Positions 1 to 12,502 are shown, counted from the first letter of the whole stretch. The stretch: DNA of 63,336 nt, filler included, from Choristocarpus tenellus KU-1152 (GCA_964200185.2; 11 parts of 11 records of this genome joined end to end with filler, not necessarily neighbours in it), one strand, 5' to 3'. Notes: generated from the sequence alone by a model not told the origin. Made by a program: numbers and translations.

Positions 1-22
1 TGCTCCTAAGTGAACTATATAT

Positions 23-195
23 GACTCCGAGCATCTGGGGGGGGGTGGCGGCTGTCCATTCCGACCCCATTTTTCCATGTCGCGATTTTTGGGTGATTTG
101 GTTGCATGCGTCAGATGTAAAATTTAGGTTCCCTTCTCCTGATCAGGGCCCGAATTGACACCCTGATGTAACCCTCCTTCCTCCACCTCCAAGCC
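23..195 (+). mobile_element. MITE family B copy (diverged)
   Basis: Matches the family B core (catctggggg...gtccatt...catgtcgcgatttttgggtgatttggttgcat...gacaccctg); flanked by ATAT on both sides (4-bp TSD). Confidence 0.8.
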
Positions 196-386
196 ATATA
201 GTCTTCTAGAGCTGGCGAGAGACGTCGCAGCTTGTATTTTGGGCGGACACGATAGTTTCATGGCCAGAATAATTTGTTTGATGACTGACTTCAACAGCAT
301 CTATACTGAGGATACACACCCCATCAAGAATTCGTGGAGCAATGGAGATGATACCCTTGAGGATGTATCAGTGGTAAAGCACTTCG

Positions 387-646
387 GGGTGAAGGTATCT
401 TAGAGGGTACGATTTTCGCCATGTTTGCCCATTTGAGGCTCGGATCCCATGGGGTTTTTTATGACACATATTCCTACTCCAAAATGTTTAGAAGTAGGTA
501 AAATGTATGAATTATGAAAAGGCGTGTCCGAAACATAGATATTGACACTTCCTAACAAACACGATAGCCAAAATTACATCAAAATCGCAACTTTAGATTT
601 TGACCCCCAAATGGACACGGCTCTACCCTCTAAGATACTTTGGCTC
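387..646 (-). mobile_element. MITE family A, full length (~260 bp)
   Basis: TIRs gggtgaaggtatcttagagggta...taccctctaagatactttggctc; TTCG on both sides (4-bp TSD). Confidence 0.92.
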
Positions 647-2270
647 TTCGACTCTTCACAAGTGTTTCCTCAGGGTTCTTTTTGAGGACATGAAGCCACG
701 AAAACTCAGTGAGGCAAACATTGATGAGGAGCAAGTGCCACTCTTTCTTACCCCCTGTGTCAAAGACTGAAGTGTAGACACGTGCATTAATGGGGACTCT
801 TGGTCGAAAAATAAACCTCTTGCTGACCCACAGCACAAATGAGACTCTCTTCTCGGTGCGCAAGAGGGAAATTACAGTTTTGTTGCCACGTTGGGTGGCA
901 ATGAATATGATCCTATACCAACGACACCCGGGTTTGTGACCGGGGAGAAACTATTGAGGGCATCGAGAGATGCAATCCCTGGACAAAGAAAGCGAGGAGG
1001 AGGTCATCAGAGAAAGGGAAAGACCGTCCAAGAATGGCCAAGCGTTCTATGGTCCTGAGACTGGAACTCAGCCATTGTATCAGAGAGGGGAGGCATCAAA
1101 TGCTAAAGAGGTTGACCTTAGCACTGGAAAGAGAAGGCAATGGCTAAGACAAGCGAGGCAGGCAAGCTTTTACAGGCTCGCAAATACCCCTTCTGGTCAT
1201 GTTTACCAGGCTTTATCACGGGATTGATGATGGCACAAGTTGCCCACCCGAGAGAGATTTTTCAAGGGGTCAGAGTAACCTGTAGTGAGGGAATTAAATG
1301 TCATTTGAAGGTCTTTATGAGCTTATAGTGATTTTCATTTCATTTGATTAAATGAGTGAGAGGTAAGGGTCATTTCCTTTATTTGAACACACCTTTTTCT
1401 CCACCCCTCTTCCTGGACCAAATCCAAATGAGTATCACTCACAGAACTGGCATCAAACTGAGGAATTTTAAAACACCCCATCAAGCCGAAAATGGATGAC
1501 CTCTTGTAAACACCCCCCCTTTGGGATATTACTTCCCCTTTAGCATACTATGGGCCAAGCCTCGCTCTCAAAATCGCCACCCTGCGGCTCTGGATGTCGT
1601 GATGGTGAAGAGACCAATGTATTTGCGCCTCAATAGGCATCTTATTGAGGAGGTGGCTTGTTGAAATAGGAGATGGGAGTGATAGCAACCAAGCAGGTAG
1701 ACTATGGTGTGATATTGTGTTCATACCAGAAGAAAATACTGGTGAAGTACTTCTAGAATTTATCACTTTGCGCGTCGGTTATAGAATGCAGCTCTTTTTA
1801 CTCTTGAGCTAATACACTTGATGCAAGAAAAGTAACTTCTTTTTTTCACTTAAACTAATTCGCTACATGTGTCAACATTGTGGTGTCTGACCTTCACAGG
1901 ATAGTTCAATGTGGAATATATGAAGGCACTCGCTTGTCAAGGGTCGAATATGTAAAGCAATTTTTTTTCCACCCATATATGCCTGCTGACGTTCTCATTA
2001 CACATACAGACGTACACGTTCTTCGTGAATTCGAACCAGGAAAGTCCAGATGTGATTCTTAAAAGTATATTTTAAACGAACATGGTGGAGTACAGGTTGA
2101 CCTTTGATATATATACACAGTTTTCACTGTTCCCATGGCGCGGCCAAACAAATCTGACGGTTGGACTATTAATAGAAAATAGTACCACATACGGGACACA
2201 TGTCAGAAAAGTTTTTAACTGGCTGGCGGGTATGGTCCAGGCATGCAAGAAAAACATTAGATTGGCGGGT

Positions 2271-2507
2271 TGGTGGACATGCACTGGTACAATATCCAGT
2301 GGACATGGTCTGGGCATGTTAGAGAATGCTAGAGCTGGTCAGACTGGTCGACATAGATCAGTACAATACCCATTGGACATGGTCCAGACATGTAACAGAA
2401 TTTTTCACCCCCTTTGTCTGGTGGGCATGGACTGGTTCAACACCCAGTGTACATGAACTGGGATATATTTAACAATTGTAGAACCGATCCGGTTGATGGA
2501 CAGGACT
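2271..2507. repeat. Degenerate 74-bp-period direct repeat array (3 units plus a partial)
   Basis: Units start at 2271 (tggtggacatgcactggtacaatatccagtggacatgg), 2345 (tggtcgacatagatcagtacaatacccattggacatgg) and 2419 (tggtgggcatggactggttcaacacccagtgtacatga); partial unit at ~2494. Confidence 0.75.
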
Positions 2508-2781
2508 ATCCTAGTTTCTTGGTGTGGTGAAAAGCCATGAAATTTACTTTGTATAGTGGTATCAGTAGCTTAGCCCTCTGGGGTTGTCCCGTCATATCTT
2601 TTGATGTAGACGCCGGATTAAAAAATAAAAGCATATTCGTGGTGCTTGTCACAATGCCCTCCAGAGTACGGGCTTTGTTTTTTCTTTTTTCGCCATTTTT
2701 TTCTTTTTTTGAATAAAGAGCAGTCATATTGGGGTTCGTACCCTGGATTGTAGGTCACCAAGAGTGGCAACAGATATACTA

Positions 2782-3683
2782 TTACTTGATCAAAATATAG
2801 GGTTTAGGTGGGGAAAAAGTCTCCCCATCCATTCTTCCTTTGTGTTCGCGCACCCACTCTTTGACCTCGGTAAGGATACCCTTGTCGAGGCCCAGGACGA
2901 AACGGCTCTCATAGCGCCCTTGCTCCGACACCTTGATGTGGCCCTTAGTCAGAAAGTCTCTCTCCCATTTACTCACAGTTTGCGGTCTGACCATTGCATA
3001 TCTTGCTCCCATCTCGAGCGCTATTTGACCGTCTTTCCCGTCGTTCATACACATGTACAGGATTCGCAGTGTTAGGGCCTTAACTATCGCATGTGCTTGT
3101 TGAGCACCGGAAATGGGCGTTGTCCAGGTTTCCTGGATGGGTGATATTTCTTTTAATCAAGGCACAAGGGCGAGGGAGGAAGAAATTGTGTTGATATGTC
3201 GAATGAATGCAGGCTGGGAGAAAGCCTCAATCAGTTTTATACGTTCAACCCCAAGTCTGGGAACAAAAGTGAATGTTCGACATCTTTCGAGAAGTGGGAG
3301 ACACCAAACCACTGGTGTGCAAATAGTCTCAATCTCACCTCCTCTTCTTCCCTGGCGTCCTTGTCGATGGCTACTTCCACCTGCTTCGCGACCTCTTCGA
3401 AGTAAAGGATTTGGTGGTATCGATTAGTCTCCACCGCTGCCTTTGTTATGATTACTTTCTCTTCCACCTTGCAAGCCCTTTCAGACTTCTTTCGGGCTTC
3501 AGAGCCCTTGTAGCCCAACCCGAACACCTTCTTTCTCGTTTCCTTAAGCTGCTCTGGCTTGCACAACTTCCAAACAGTCAGGGTCTGCTGCAACTGTCGA
3601 CTACTAAGATATTCTACACCTGGGTTTTTGCTTAGGCATTTCCTGAGCGCAATGACATGCAGTCGCACTGCTCCCTTCCTCAA
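2782..3683 (-). pseudogene. Decayed DNA-transposase N-terminal region (ISRm11-like Tc1/IS630 group, tentative)
   Basis: ORF 2782-3054 TVSKWERDFLTKGHIKVSEQGRYESRFVL...EVKEWVREH resembles the HTH region of ISRm11-like eukaryotic transposases (recalled motif, not searched). Upstream ORF 3237-3683 is on the same strand and broken by stops. No DDE core is visible. Confidence 0.45.
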
Positions 3684-3824
3684 TCTTCCCTTTGGGTGGT
3701 CACCCCAGTTCTCTCTTCACTCGCTGTGACCAGACTTCCCCACAAACTTGGTCACTGTACCACCTGGAGATGGACTCGCCGCTCTCTTCCTGCTTTCCCG
3801 AGGCGGCAGAGACTGCAGAGCAGT

Positions 3825-3957
3825 GATGCAAAGTATCTGGGGGGGGAGGGGGGTTCTACACCAGGGTGTCCATTTGGGGCAAAATCGGGAAAGTGCATTT
3901 ACATTATCCATCCGACGTATACAACCAAATCACCAAAAAATCGCGATAAGAAAAATT
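3825..3957 (-). mobile_element. MITE family B, truncated by contig end
   Basis: gatgcaaagtatctgggggggg...ccagggtgtccatttgggg...accaaatcacc matches the family B reverse strand. Confidence 0.9.
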
Positions 3958-4057
3958 NNNNNNNNNNNNNNNNNNNNNNNNNNNNNNNNNNNNNNNNNNN
4001 NTTAATTAATTAANNNNNNNNNNNNNNNNNNNNNNNNNNNNNNNNNNNNNNNNNNNN
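3958..4057. other. Artificial contig linker (44 N + TTAATTAATTAA + 44 N); first of 10
   Basis: Identical 100-bp spacer with stops in all six frames at 3958-4057, 15912-16011, 21089-21188, 25386-25485, 32233-32332, 36785-36884, 44722-44821, 51212-51311, 54532-54631 and 58822-58921. Adjacency across these linkers has no biological meaning. Confidence 0.99.
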
Positions 4058-4118
4058 GAAGCCAAGCCTCAAACGGACAAACAGGGCAAAACTCGTACCC
4101 TCTAAGATACTTTCACTC
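4058..4118 (+). mobile_element. MITE family A right end, truncated by contig start
   Basis: ggacaaacagggcaaaactcgtaccctctaagatactttcactc. Confidence 0.9.
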
Positions 4119-5257
4119 TTGCCGAGGCGCCCAAAACTTTCCACCACGAAGGTGTTGAGGTTATATCCTCTCTTATTATATGTAAGTGCCCCTTTCTCTT
4201 AAACCAAGTGATCTTGGAGTAGCTAATGAACGATCTCGGTACCTGCTGAGATCCAGTAACGCTGGTCGCAATATAGACTGTTTGCATAAGGAGATGCTTT
4301 GAGGTACTGTACGCACTCAGTGTTGCTATTAGTATACATGAACTAACAAATGTCTTTGAAGCAATATAGTGAAACTAGAATGATTCATGAGTGATGGAAA
4401 GGAATATTAGATCCAAACACTTCGCCAAGGCCTGCAATAGATACCTTATCTTCTTACCAGCCGCTAATTAATTCCCTTATCCCTACCTAGCTCCCCCCTG
4501 CTTCTCATTACTTACTCCATGCACCATCTCATGCTTTGCCCAAGTGTCGACAAATGAGGGCCGATTTCGTCTTCCTTTTAAATCTTCAAAGAACATTCCC
4601 CGAAGTCCACGTCCCATATTCCGGAATTTGGGTAAGCTGCATAGCGATTTTAGGTTGCCACGGGATGCAGATGGGCTCAGTGTAAGGGTCAGGATAAGGT
4701 TTATGGTTAGTGTTATTGTGCGGGGGTGGCGATCCAGGCCATTCATCGAGTTCATCGTACTTATTGTGGTAGGCTCAGGTTTAGTGTTGTGGTTAGCATG
4801 TGTCGTCAGATTTTCAATGTATCCACACAGGGTTGTTGTTTAGGGTCTGTTGTCCTATGTTTCACGTGAAGAACGTTAAATATACCGTCTCTTGGTTCGG
4901 AGTTAGGCTTTGTGGGTTGATCAAATCCTGATGAATTACGGTCAGGTAAGGGTGAGGAAGGTCGACCAAGACACTAGTACTATCAAAGAAACACTACACT
5001 AACCCGAAAACAAAGGATGTCATATTTTCCCTTTCTCTTCATGCCAACACTGGGACAACAGACCCCAATCGACAACACTGTTTGTGTACATACCAAATCC
5101 GACACATGCAAGAAAGTAAACGAAACAATTATCTCAAAACAGTCCACCATGGTATATTTTTTAATCCCTCGTGCAAACACTGGGACAACAGACCCTAAGC
5201 GCCAGCCCTCTTTTTGTGTACATACCAAATCCGACTCACGCAACCAAGAAACAGTAG

Positions 5258-5533
5258 CTAACTAACCCGATCCTTCGCATGCATTGTCTTTACCCCCCGC
5301 ACGGTCTTCCTGTCCTGGACAGGCGTAACAAAGGATTGATTTGGTTGGAGGCGGCGAAATAGCCCAGTTTCATCCACGTTGAAGATACACTGTGGGTCGT
5401 ACTCGGCACACACTTCACGGGATTTTTTTAGGCCGTCGGCCACGGCTGCATCGTTGACACTGCCCATCTCTCCGTGAAGAGCCTTGTTCACTAGCTTATT
5501 GCGGACAATAAGATTCCTCAACCAGCCATACAA
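5258..5533 (-). pseudogene. pogo/Tigger (CENP-B-like, DDE_1) transposase fragment
   Basis: GWLRN...LHGEMGS...YDPQCIFNVDETGLF...KDRVS carries the characteristic GWL, HGE, IFNxDETGLF and KxR motifs; truncated. Confidence 0.88.
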
Positions 5534-6977
5534 CGCGACAAAGTCGCTCTACTTGACTCACTTCTCGTCTGTTCTTGCTCGACTCACGAAAGCGGAGCAA
5601 GCCTTCCGCCCACCAAACGTCTCAAGGGTAGCTTGAGAAACAGGTAGTTTTGCGGCTCTTGCCTCTTGAAATAGTTCCAAGACTCTGTTGTCTACATTAT
5701 GGGATGGTAGGTGGGGGCACAACATTGGTGGGAGGATGGGCGATACAATATTGCCTGTTGTTGAGTCTTGGCAGGATGCGCTTGCAGATACAGCGGCGCA
5801 TGGTGAAAATCAAAATTGCATGGGTCGGACACCGAGCGAAGCGAAGGTGTTTCACCTTTAATGTCGGATTATGACATGAACCAATTTATTTTTTTAATGG
5901 CAGGGGGACCCAAATAGAAAATTAGCGCTGCTTGTGTGTGTGTCACGTTGTCGGCCACTGTTTTGAACATTTCTTGCACTACACTCAATGACACAGTCCC
6001 GAACTGTTGGCGAAATGACCTTGACTCGAGCAGATTGTACCAGCATTTGCTGCCTTGTCAGTGTCTGCTCGGTTACCGGAGTTGTCACGAGATAATGGCG
6101 CCCAGGGGCGATGGTATCCACATTTCAATACTTGAAATTAGTGAGGGTCAGGTTGAGTTTTGCTCTCTGTCGGACAATTCCCTCTGACATTTCTTGCGCT
6201 ACACTGCACAGAATGCCCTGTATCCACTTGGAATATATGCTTACCATCAGCAGTTCATTAGTACGTTCTCTGATATGTTCATGAGTGGTCGGTTTACTGA
6301 GGTAGGGTATACATTTTGTCCAGAAAGCTAACACTATGAGTCTAGATAGGAGTCATGTTCTTGGTTTTAATTATTTACAAGAATAACACTTGCTGCGCAT
6401 GGTCACAAATAAGAAAAAAAAATGAAACGTTTCCCTGTTAATAAGGCCTAGATTTAATGATATATTATAATATAAAGAGCGTTGATACAGAATGCGTTCA
6501 ATGACAAGTACCACAAAACAGTTGAAGAAAACTCTTAACCATCTGGATTACAATGTTCCACGCTTGGGTTGTGGATCATCGAGCTCAGGACCGTGATGTG
6601 AACTAGGCCCTTGGGTCACCATGACATAGGGGACGATCTGCCCTCCATTTGGAGGGTTAGAAGCTCTCAATTGCTGATGTAGGCTCCTCGCTTGTTTTTG
6701 GAATTGTTTACGGGTGCAGCGGCTAGAATACTTTCACGACTGGTTTTGGTTGCGATATGTCCAACACGTTAGAATACTTTCACGATTAATCAGCCGGTGT
6801 CGACGATTCGGCAATAATATGCAGTGCCTCCTACGTTGACATACACCCCTCATACTCTTGACCAAACATTTTTTTCAGTCGGCCGCAGGTACAGGCTGTG
6901 CTTCCACCCCTTCGAAAATTTCGTACTGTACAGGTACTGACTGTACTATATCGGTCTTACATCGTTGTAAGATTGGA

Positions 6978-7145
6978 GGACCTCGAAGGGGGGGGGGTCT
7001 AACTCCAGGGTGTCCATTCGGGCCTGGCCAGGAGAAGTGCACATACATTATCCATCCAACGCATGCAACCAAATCACCCAAAATTGCGACATGGAAAAAT
7101 GACCCCAAACAGATAGCCGCCACCCTCCTCGAGATACTTAGAGTC
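6978..7145 (-). mobile_element. MITE family B copy
   Basis: Family B core in reverse orientation; TGGA on both sides (4-bp TSD). Confidence 0.88.
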
Positions 7146-7563
7146 TGGATGCAGTGCAGTACAGTACTGGACTACTATGCTGTACTACTACAGCAGAATG
7201 CGCGATTCAGTACTGTACGGCATAACTGTGAGAGGTAACTTTAGGACACTACACATCAACTATACAGCACAACATGTTGATGTTTTACACCGAGTGTACG
7301 GTGTTGACTTGATAGACTAAACAGGAGCTGCCATTATTTTGGTATGTAGGAGGTACCATGTTCGATTAGACTCTTCCAACTCCTCATATAAAAGGAAATA
7401 TTTATGATTTTACGTGGTGTTGCATGCCCCACTTAACCTTAATCAATCACTCTACAGACATCAAGCAATCTCGCCAGGTTTATCACCTTTATACTCTTTG
7501 ATGATTCGGGAGATACTTTAACACAATATATTGGACCTTAGGTTTCTAACCCATCAATTCATC

Positions 7564-8571
7564 ATGTCTACACGAAGAGATGCGATTCAAGAATTGCGGG
7601 AACCTGTTCCTTCCAAGGGCCCATCTGTCCAAGAGTTCAGACAGCTTATGGCGACGGTAGCGGAGTTGTCAAGAAACGTTGGCAATCTCATGGTTCAGTC
7701 TGAAAGAGTCGGCGACGGAAATCATCCCGTCGTCCAGGCCGCTGTGCCCAGCACATGGCCTCCGGCTGGGGACGTACCAGTCAAAGTGGATCCTATGGAG
7801 CCCATGTTGAGGGCAAATTTCCCAGAGAGAGGGGAAACAGTTTGGATGCTGTGAGCGTCAGAAGTGGGGCGAGCCGGAGGTCCGGTTCTTCGGAGAGCTT
7901 GGAGTCAGGTGCACATATTGTTCGCCCTACTACGATAAAGAGATCAAGAACCCAACCACCGAAAATATTGGACGACTCGGACTACCGGGACTGGCGGAGG
8001 CGTTTCATCGTGCATTGCAGATATACCCACTGCTTGGGTGCGTTGACAAGCGAAAGATCAGTCAATCAAGAGCGCTCTTACGAGGAACTTCTCTCCGACG
8101 GCTTCAGTGCGAATGACATCTGGATGGCTGAAAAGGCCTACCATGCACTTACTGTTGCTCTCGTCGCACCCACCACCAGGGCACTATGCTATACGCACCA
8201 AAGCCTGAGCGAGCCTTTCCGAGCAATAGATGATTGGTTCATGCCTAATACAGTGGGTAATAGACAACATTTATTCCGTGAGTTTTTTACTTCAAAGGTG
8301 GAGAAGGGGGCGAATCCGATCCTGACCTTAAACCACCTGGAAGAGCTACAAGCTTGCCCAAACCGCGTTTGCACCAAATGTGGTGGATGTGCCCATGATG
8401 CTACAACATGTACTGCGGTGTTCTTGACTACGGTGCAGTCTGGGAAAGAAGAGATCGAGACCGAGGCGAATCCTTCCCACATTACTGTGGAAAGTATCAC
8501 CAGCTGCGGTGACAATGAGCGATACGCACTACTGGCCGCCACTGAGGACTCTCCGAGCAGCAATCCTCCAG
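7564..8571 (+). mobile_element. LTR-retrotransposon gag remnant (Ty1/Copia-type)
   Basis: PPKILDDSDYRDWRRRF (Copia gag N-terminal-like) followed by a helical region and a CX2CX4HX4C zinc knuckle CTKCGGCAHDATTC. Frameshift near 7840; ends at a MITE A copy. Confidence 0.7.
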
Positions 8572-8830
8572 GAGTCAAAGTATCTTAGAGGGTAGGGTTG
8601 CGTCCATTTGGAGGCCAAAATCCAATGTTGCAATTTTGATGCAATTTTGGCTATCATGTTTGTCAGGAGATGTCAATATCCTTGTTCCGGACACACCTTT
8701 TCATAACATATACATTTTACATACTCCTAAACATGTTGGAGTAGGTAAAATGTCACAAGAAAAACGTGGGAAGCCAAGTCCCAGATGGACAAACAGGGAA
8801 AAAATCGTACCCTCTAAGATACTTTCACTC
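8572..8830 (+). mobile_element. MITE family A, full length (259 bp), no TSD
   Basis: gagtcaaagtatcttagagggta...taccctctaagatactttcactc; flanks CCAG and TGCT do not match. Confidence 0.93.
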
Positions 8831-9126
8831 TGCTCCTCCCTCACACGATGAACCGAGTCTAGGTGTAGCACAAATGTTACTTCAGGGAACAGTTGATGTC
8901 ACACTCTCAGGAATACTGTCAGCCCTGCAAGATTGCCACACGGGACCTGATAATCGAGATTTAGGCGTTAGAGGCTGGTTACCACTCAGTAGTTCCAGGA
9001 TCAAAGTCTGCCAATGTGTATACCCCCGCCCTCTGGTTGGATGGCCCCAGATAAAATACCTAGTGTAGACCCGACTCACACCCCATAGCAACTCCTTACC
9101 CCGCTTAGCGCCACTAACACTTTTGG

Positions 9127-10800
9127 TTGGCAACCTTTAGACCCTACCGTCGAAGACAGGGTAGAAATAAAAGGAAAGCAGGAGAAGAGAAGCCACCTTG
9201 CAAGAAATGGCACACAAGCACACCAAGGCCAAAGAACAAGAAGGGCAGTGACAGAACAGTTCGAATGAGTGAAGTGGTTCAACACCATCCCACTCTCAAG
9301 AGAGCAATGGCTACTCTATCAGACGTGCCAGAGCTAGTGGAGAGGCAGAAGAAAGACCCCTTCTTGGGCAGCATACGGGATGTTCTCGAAGGCCAAGAAC
9401 ACTGGAAGTCGTCACTCGAATGGGGAAAAGGGAGCATAGATGTGGAGTCATATTCCCTAGATGATAAGGAGTTACTCTGGCACACCCCTGGAGAGTATGC
9501 ACCTAGGCTGGCAGTTCCTCGTTCACTAGTGCCAGATATCGTAGCACTAGTTCACCTGCAGACTAGCCACCAGGGAGTTGGACGCACAGTAGCCCTAACC
9601 CGTCAATACTTCTTTTGACCCTCACTGCACAAAGGCACGTAGGATTATGTCTTATCCTGTGACTGTCGCAGACGAAAGAGGTCTAGGAGCGCACGAGTGG
9701 CATTTTTGCCAGCCAAGTTCCTGGAACCATGGGATGTACTCGAGATGGATCTACAAGATGTTGGACACATCTCAGCGAAAGGCAACAAGCATCTATTAAT
9801 TGTGATTGATAGAGCTTCGAGATTCCCTTTTGCATTCCCAATGGCATCGAAGGAAGCAACTGGAGTAGCAACAAACGTGTTAGAAGTATGTCTTACATTT
9901 GGGATCCCTCTGTCAATTCGTAGTGATGCAGGAGGGGAGTTCACAGGAGACATAATGAATCTCGTTTGCCGTTGGTTGAAGGTCCCTATCAATTATGGAC
10001 CAACTGGTAACTCGAGAGGACAAAGGGGAGTAGAAAAGATGGGAGGTCTGCTTTTAGAAGTCCTGTCGGAAATATGTGTGAAGTGGCCAGATAGATGGGA
10101 TGAGTACGTATCTCCGGCATGTTAGGCACAACGCACTACTCCAGATCCCTCTGACCCTCTCAACCCCACCCCCTTCCGAGTCCTGTTTGGTCGTGACCCT
10201 CGCACACAGCTAGACGCCGTCATACCAAAGTTGGATGAGGACGTAGATGTTGGAGGATTAGATTCCTTTATCGAGCAACGCAGACAGAACTTCAGGGAGG
10301 CACGAGAAGTCCTGGAGAGAAGGATTTCCACTAGGCAGAAACAGAGAGAGAGAGCCAATGCTTTGATTGCTAGGTCTTCCCCAGGACTCGGATCCAAACC
10401 AGGTGACCTAGTTCTAGTAAAAGAAGCGGACAGCTCTATTTATGGGGGAAAATTAGGCGAGACAAGAGTAGGCAGAAAGCTAGTCCATGAAAGGTGCACA
10501 GGACCGTGGACTGTGAAGGAAATTTCACATAAGAGTAGTAGCATGACAGTAGAACTGCTAGGTAGGCAAACACGCACGCGTAATGTTCATGCTTCTTATG
10601 TGACACCCTTCTACGCAAGGTCCATCCATCTGAGACATAGCTTCCAAGAGGAGTATGCTCAACTAGTGTGGGAGTCCGACCTGGGTCTAGCAGAACAATC
10701 CGTGGTAGCAACCCCTATGTACACCCTTACAGACAGAAAAGCAGTATTGTCGCCATCCAATGTATGGCGCTGGGAGTACCGGGGAACGTTATGCAAAAGA
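9127..10800 (+). mobile_element. Ty3/Gypsy LTR-retrotransposon integrase, pseudogenised
   Basis: H2C2 domain (LVHLQTSHQGVGRT...YFF*P...YVLSCDC), rve core (PWDVLEMD, IDRASRF, GIPLSIRSDAGGEF, GVEKMG, W-DEYV) and TPFRVLFGRDP. One reading frame interrupted by TGA and TAG stops at ~9616, ~9640 and ~10123. Confidence 0.93.
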
Positions 10801-11571
10801 GAACTACTCAAGTGGAGTATTTTGCTTTGTGTGGTATGGATATGTTTATTAGCGGAGTGAGCACAGCCCTGGGTGGTGGGGGGTGCTCTCTCTTATTATC
10901 TTATTGTATATTACATGTATCAGCTGACTCTTTAGCTGACACATCAAAACGTGTCCTGCCGTTACATCGTACTATGCCACTTATCTCGTATAGCTAGTAC
11001 TATGTCAGAACTCCTCCAACAGTTCACTAATATCAAGTAATAAGAAATCAATCATCTGAGATTCGGACTCATCACTTTACACACACGAACAGACGTCAAT
11101 GACACTTGTTCCACTTAACCAACATTCTTGTTGTCTAGCATTGTTCACTAAACGCGTATAAACGATATAGACTACCAGTCTATATTGCACACATCAAACC
11201 ACCAAGGAGTTCGAGTGCATGATCGTTTGGCGTTGCAATTGCAGTATGTACTGTTAAGCCCTAACTCTTGAAATGCTTTTTTTGTGACGCAGTAAGTAGA
11301 AGAAAGGCTGAGCGTGTGAAAGACTTTTGCATCCAATTAGCTAAGTGGTGGTACACATTTAGGCCATTCCTATTGACTAAAGTGTGGCTTTTCATTGATG
11401 TGCAGGATGCCTTCGTGGTAGAGCAATGTCTTGTCCCTTCAAATTGCTTTGCTATGATTCTATTCGTGCACATGGAAGAGGATACCAATAGCGTAGTGGA
11501 GTACTTCGAACTGTAAAGTTTCAGTCAAGCATAGCAAGGGAGGCCATAACTATTGGAATCCACGATTGTAA

Positions 11572-11830
11572 GAGTCAAAGTATCTTAGACGGTAGAGCCA
11601 CGTCCATTTGGGGACCAAAATCTAATGTTGCGATTTTGATGCAATATTGGCCATGGTGTTTGTAAGGAAGCGTCAATATCCTTGTTCCAGACACACCTTT
11701 TCATAACATAAACATTTTGCCTCCTCTGAACCATTTCGGAGTAGGAAAATGTCATAAAACAAAACGTGGGAACCCAAGTCCCAAACGGACAAATGGGGCA
11801 AAGCTCATACCCTCTAAGATACTTTAACTC
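11572..11830 (+). mobile_element. MITE family A, full length (259 bp)
   Basis: Both TIRs present; flanks GTAA and TAAA (imperfect). Confidence 0.92.
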
Positions 11831-11903
11831 TAAATTCATCTGACCCAGAAGAATGGGGGGGTCAACCTGTTGTTGAAGTAGCATGCCAGTGGATAGTACT
11901 GTA

Positions 11904-12083
11904 GGCTCAAGGTATCTGGGAGGGGATGGCGGCTGTTCATTTGGGGCCAATTTTTTGATGTGGCCATTTTGGGGTGATTTGGTTGCATACGTTGGATGGA
12001 TAATGCAAGTGCACTTTTCCTATTTATGACCCAAATGGACACCCTAGTGTAGACCCCCCCCCCACCACCAGATGCTTCGGTTC
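11904..12083 (+). mobile_element. MITE family B, full length (180 bp)
   Basis: ggctcaaggtatctggg...ccagatgcttcggttc; TGTA 4-bp TSD. Confidence 0.92.
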
Positions 12084-12502
12084 TGTAACCTTGCAAAAGA
12101 CAACAAGATCATTGATCCTCAGACCGTCCATTGACATAGTTTCCCTGTGCTTCCTCCTCACACTTGTAACACCAGGCAGAGTCCCTCTCTACTCTTCTAT
12201 TTGCTTCAAGGTGTATGAGAGTAAAGAGCATGCCAGTTAGGCACCAGGAGACGGACCAGACTGAGGATGTTGTCAGGTGAAGATTCACATTGACAGGAGC
12301 AGCATTGAGGTAGTCGGTGTGAGAGGAAACTATAGATTTTGCTGCAAAGCTGACCTGTCAATATTCTCGTTTGGAAGTAGTAGCTGCTGAGGTTAAGAGC
12401 AGCTTGGTCAATGTCCCAGTAGTGTCCCTAAGCACGGACAAGAACCTGCAGGGGTTGTGGACAATCGTTTTTCTGAGAGGAACATGTATGAACAGTGCTT
12501 AA

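Noticed and set aside
2271-2507. CRISPR array
   Set aside because: Repeats too divergent and long, only 3-4 units, no cas genes, eukaryotic context. Kept only as an unexplained repeat.
3958-4057. Recurring TTAATTAATTAA palindrome
   Set aside because: Always centred in N-runs of identical length; a synthetic six-frame stop linker.
8636-8851. Recurrent small ORFs with KPSPKWTNRAK or YIIHPT motifs suggesting a peptide family
   Set aside because: Chance translations of MITE A and B copies; frames and starts are not conserved.
9600-10130. Stop-codon reassignment or readthrough suggested by in-frame TGA/TAG
   Set aside because: Host genes here end normally in TAA or TAG and their exons lack internal stops; the stops reflect TE decay.
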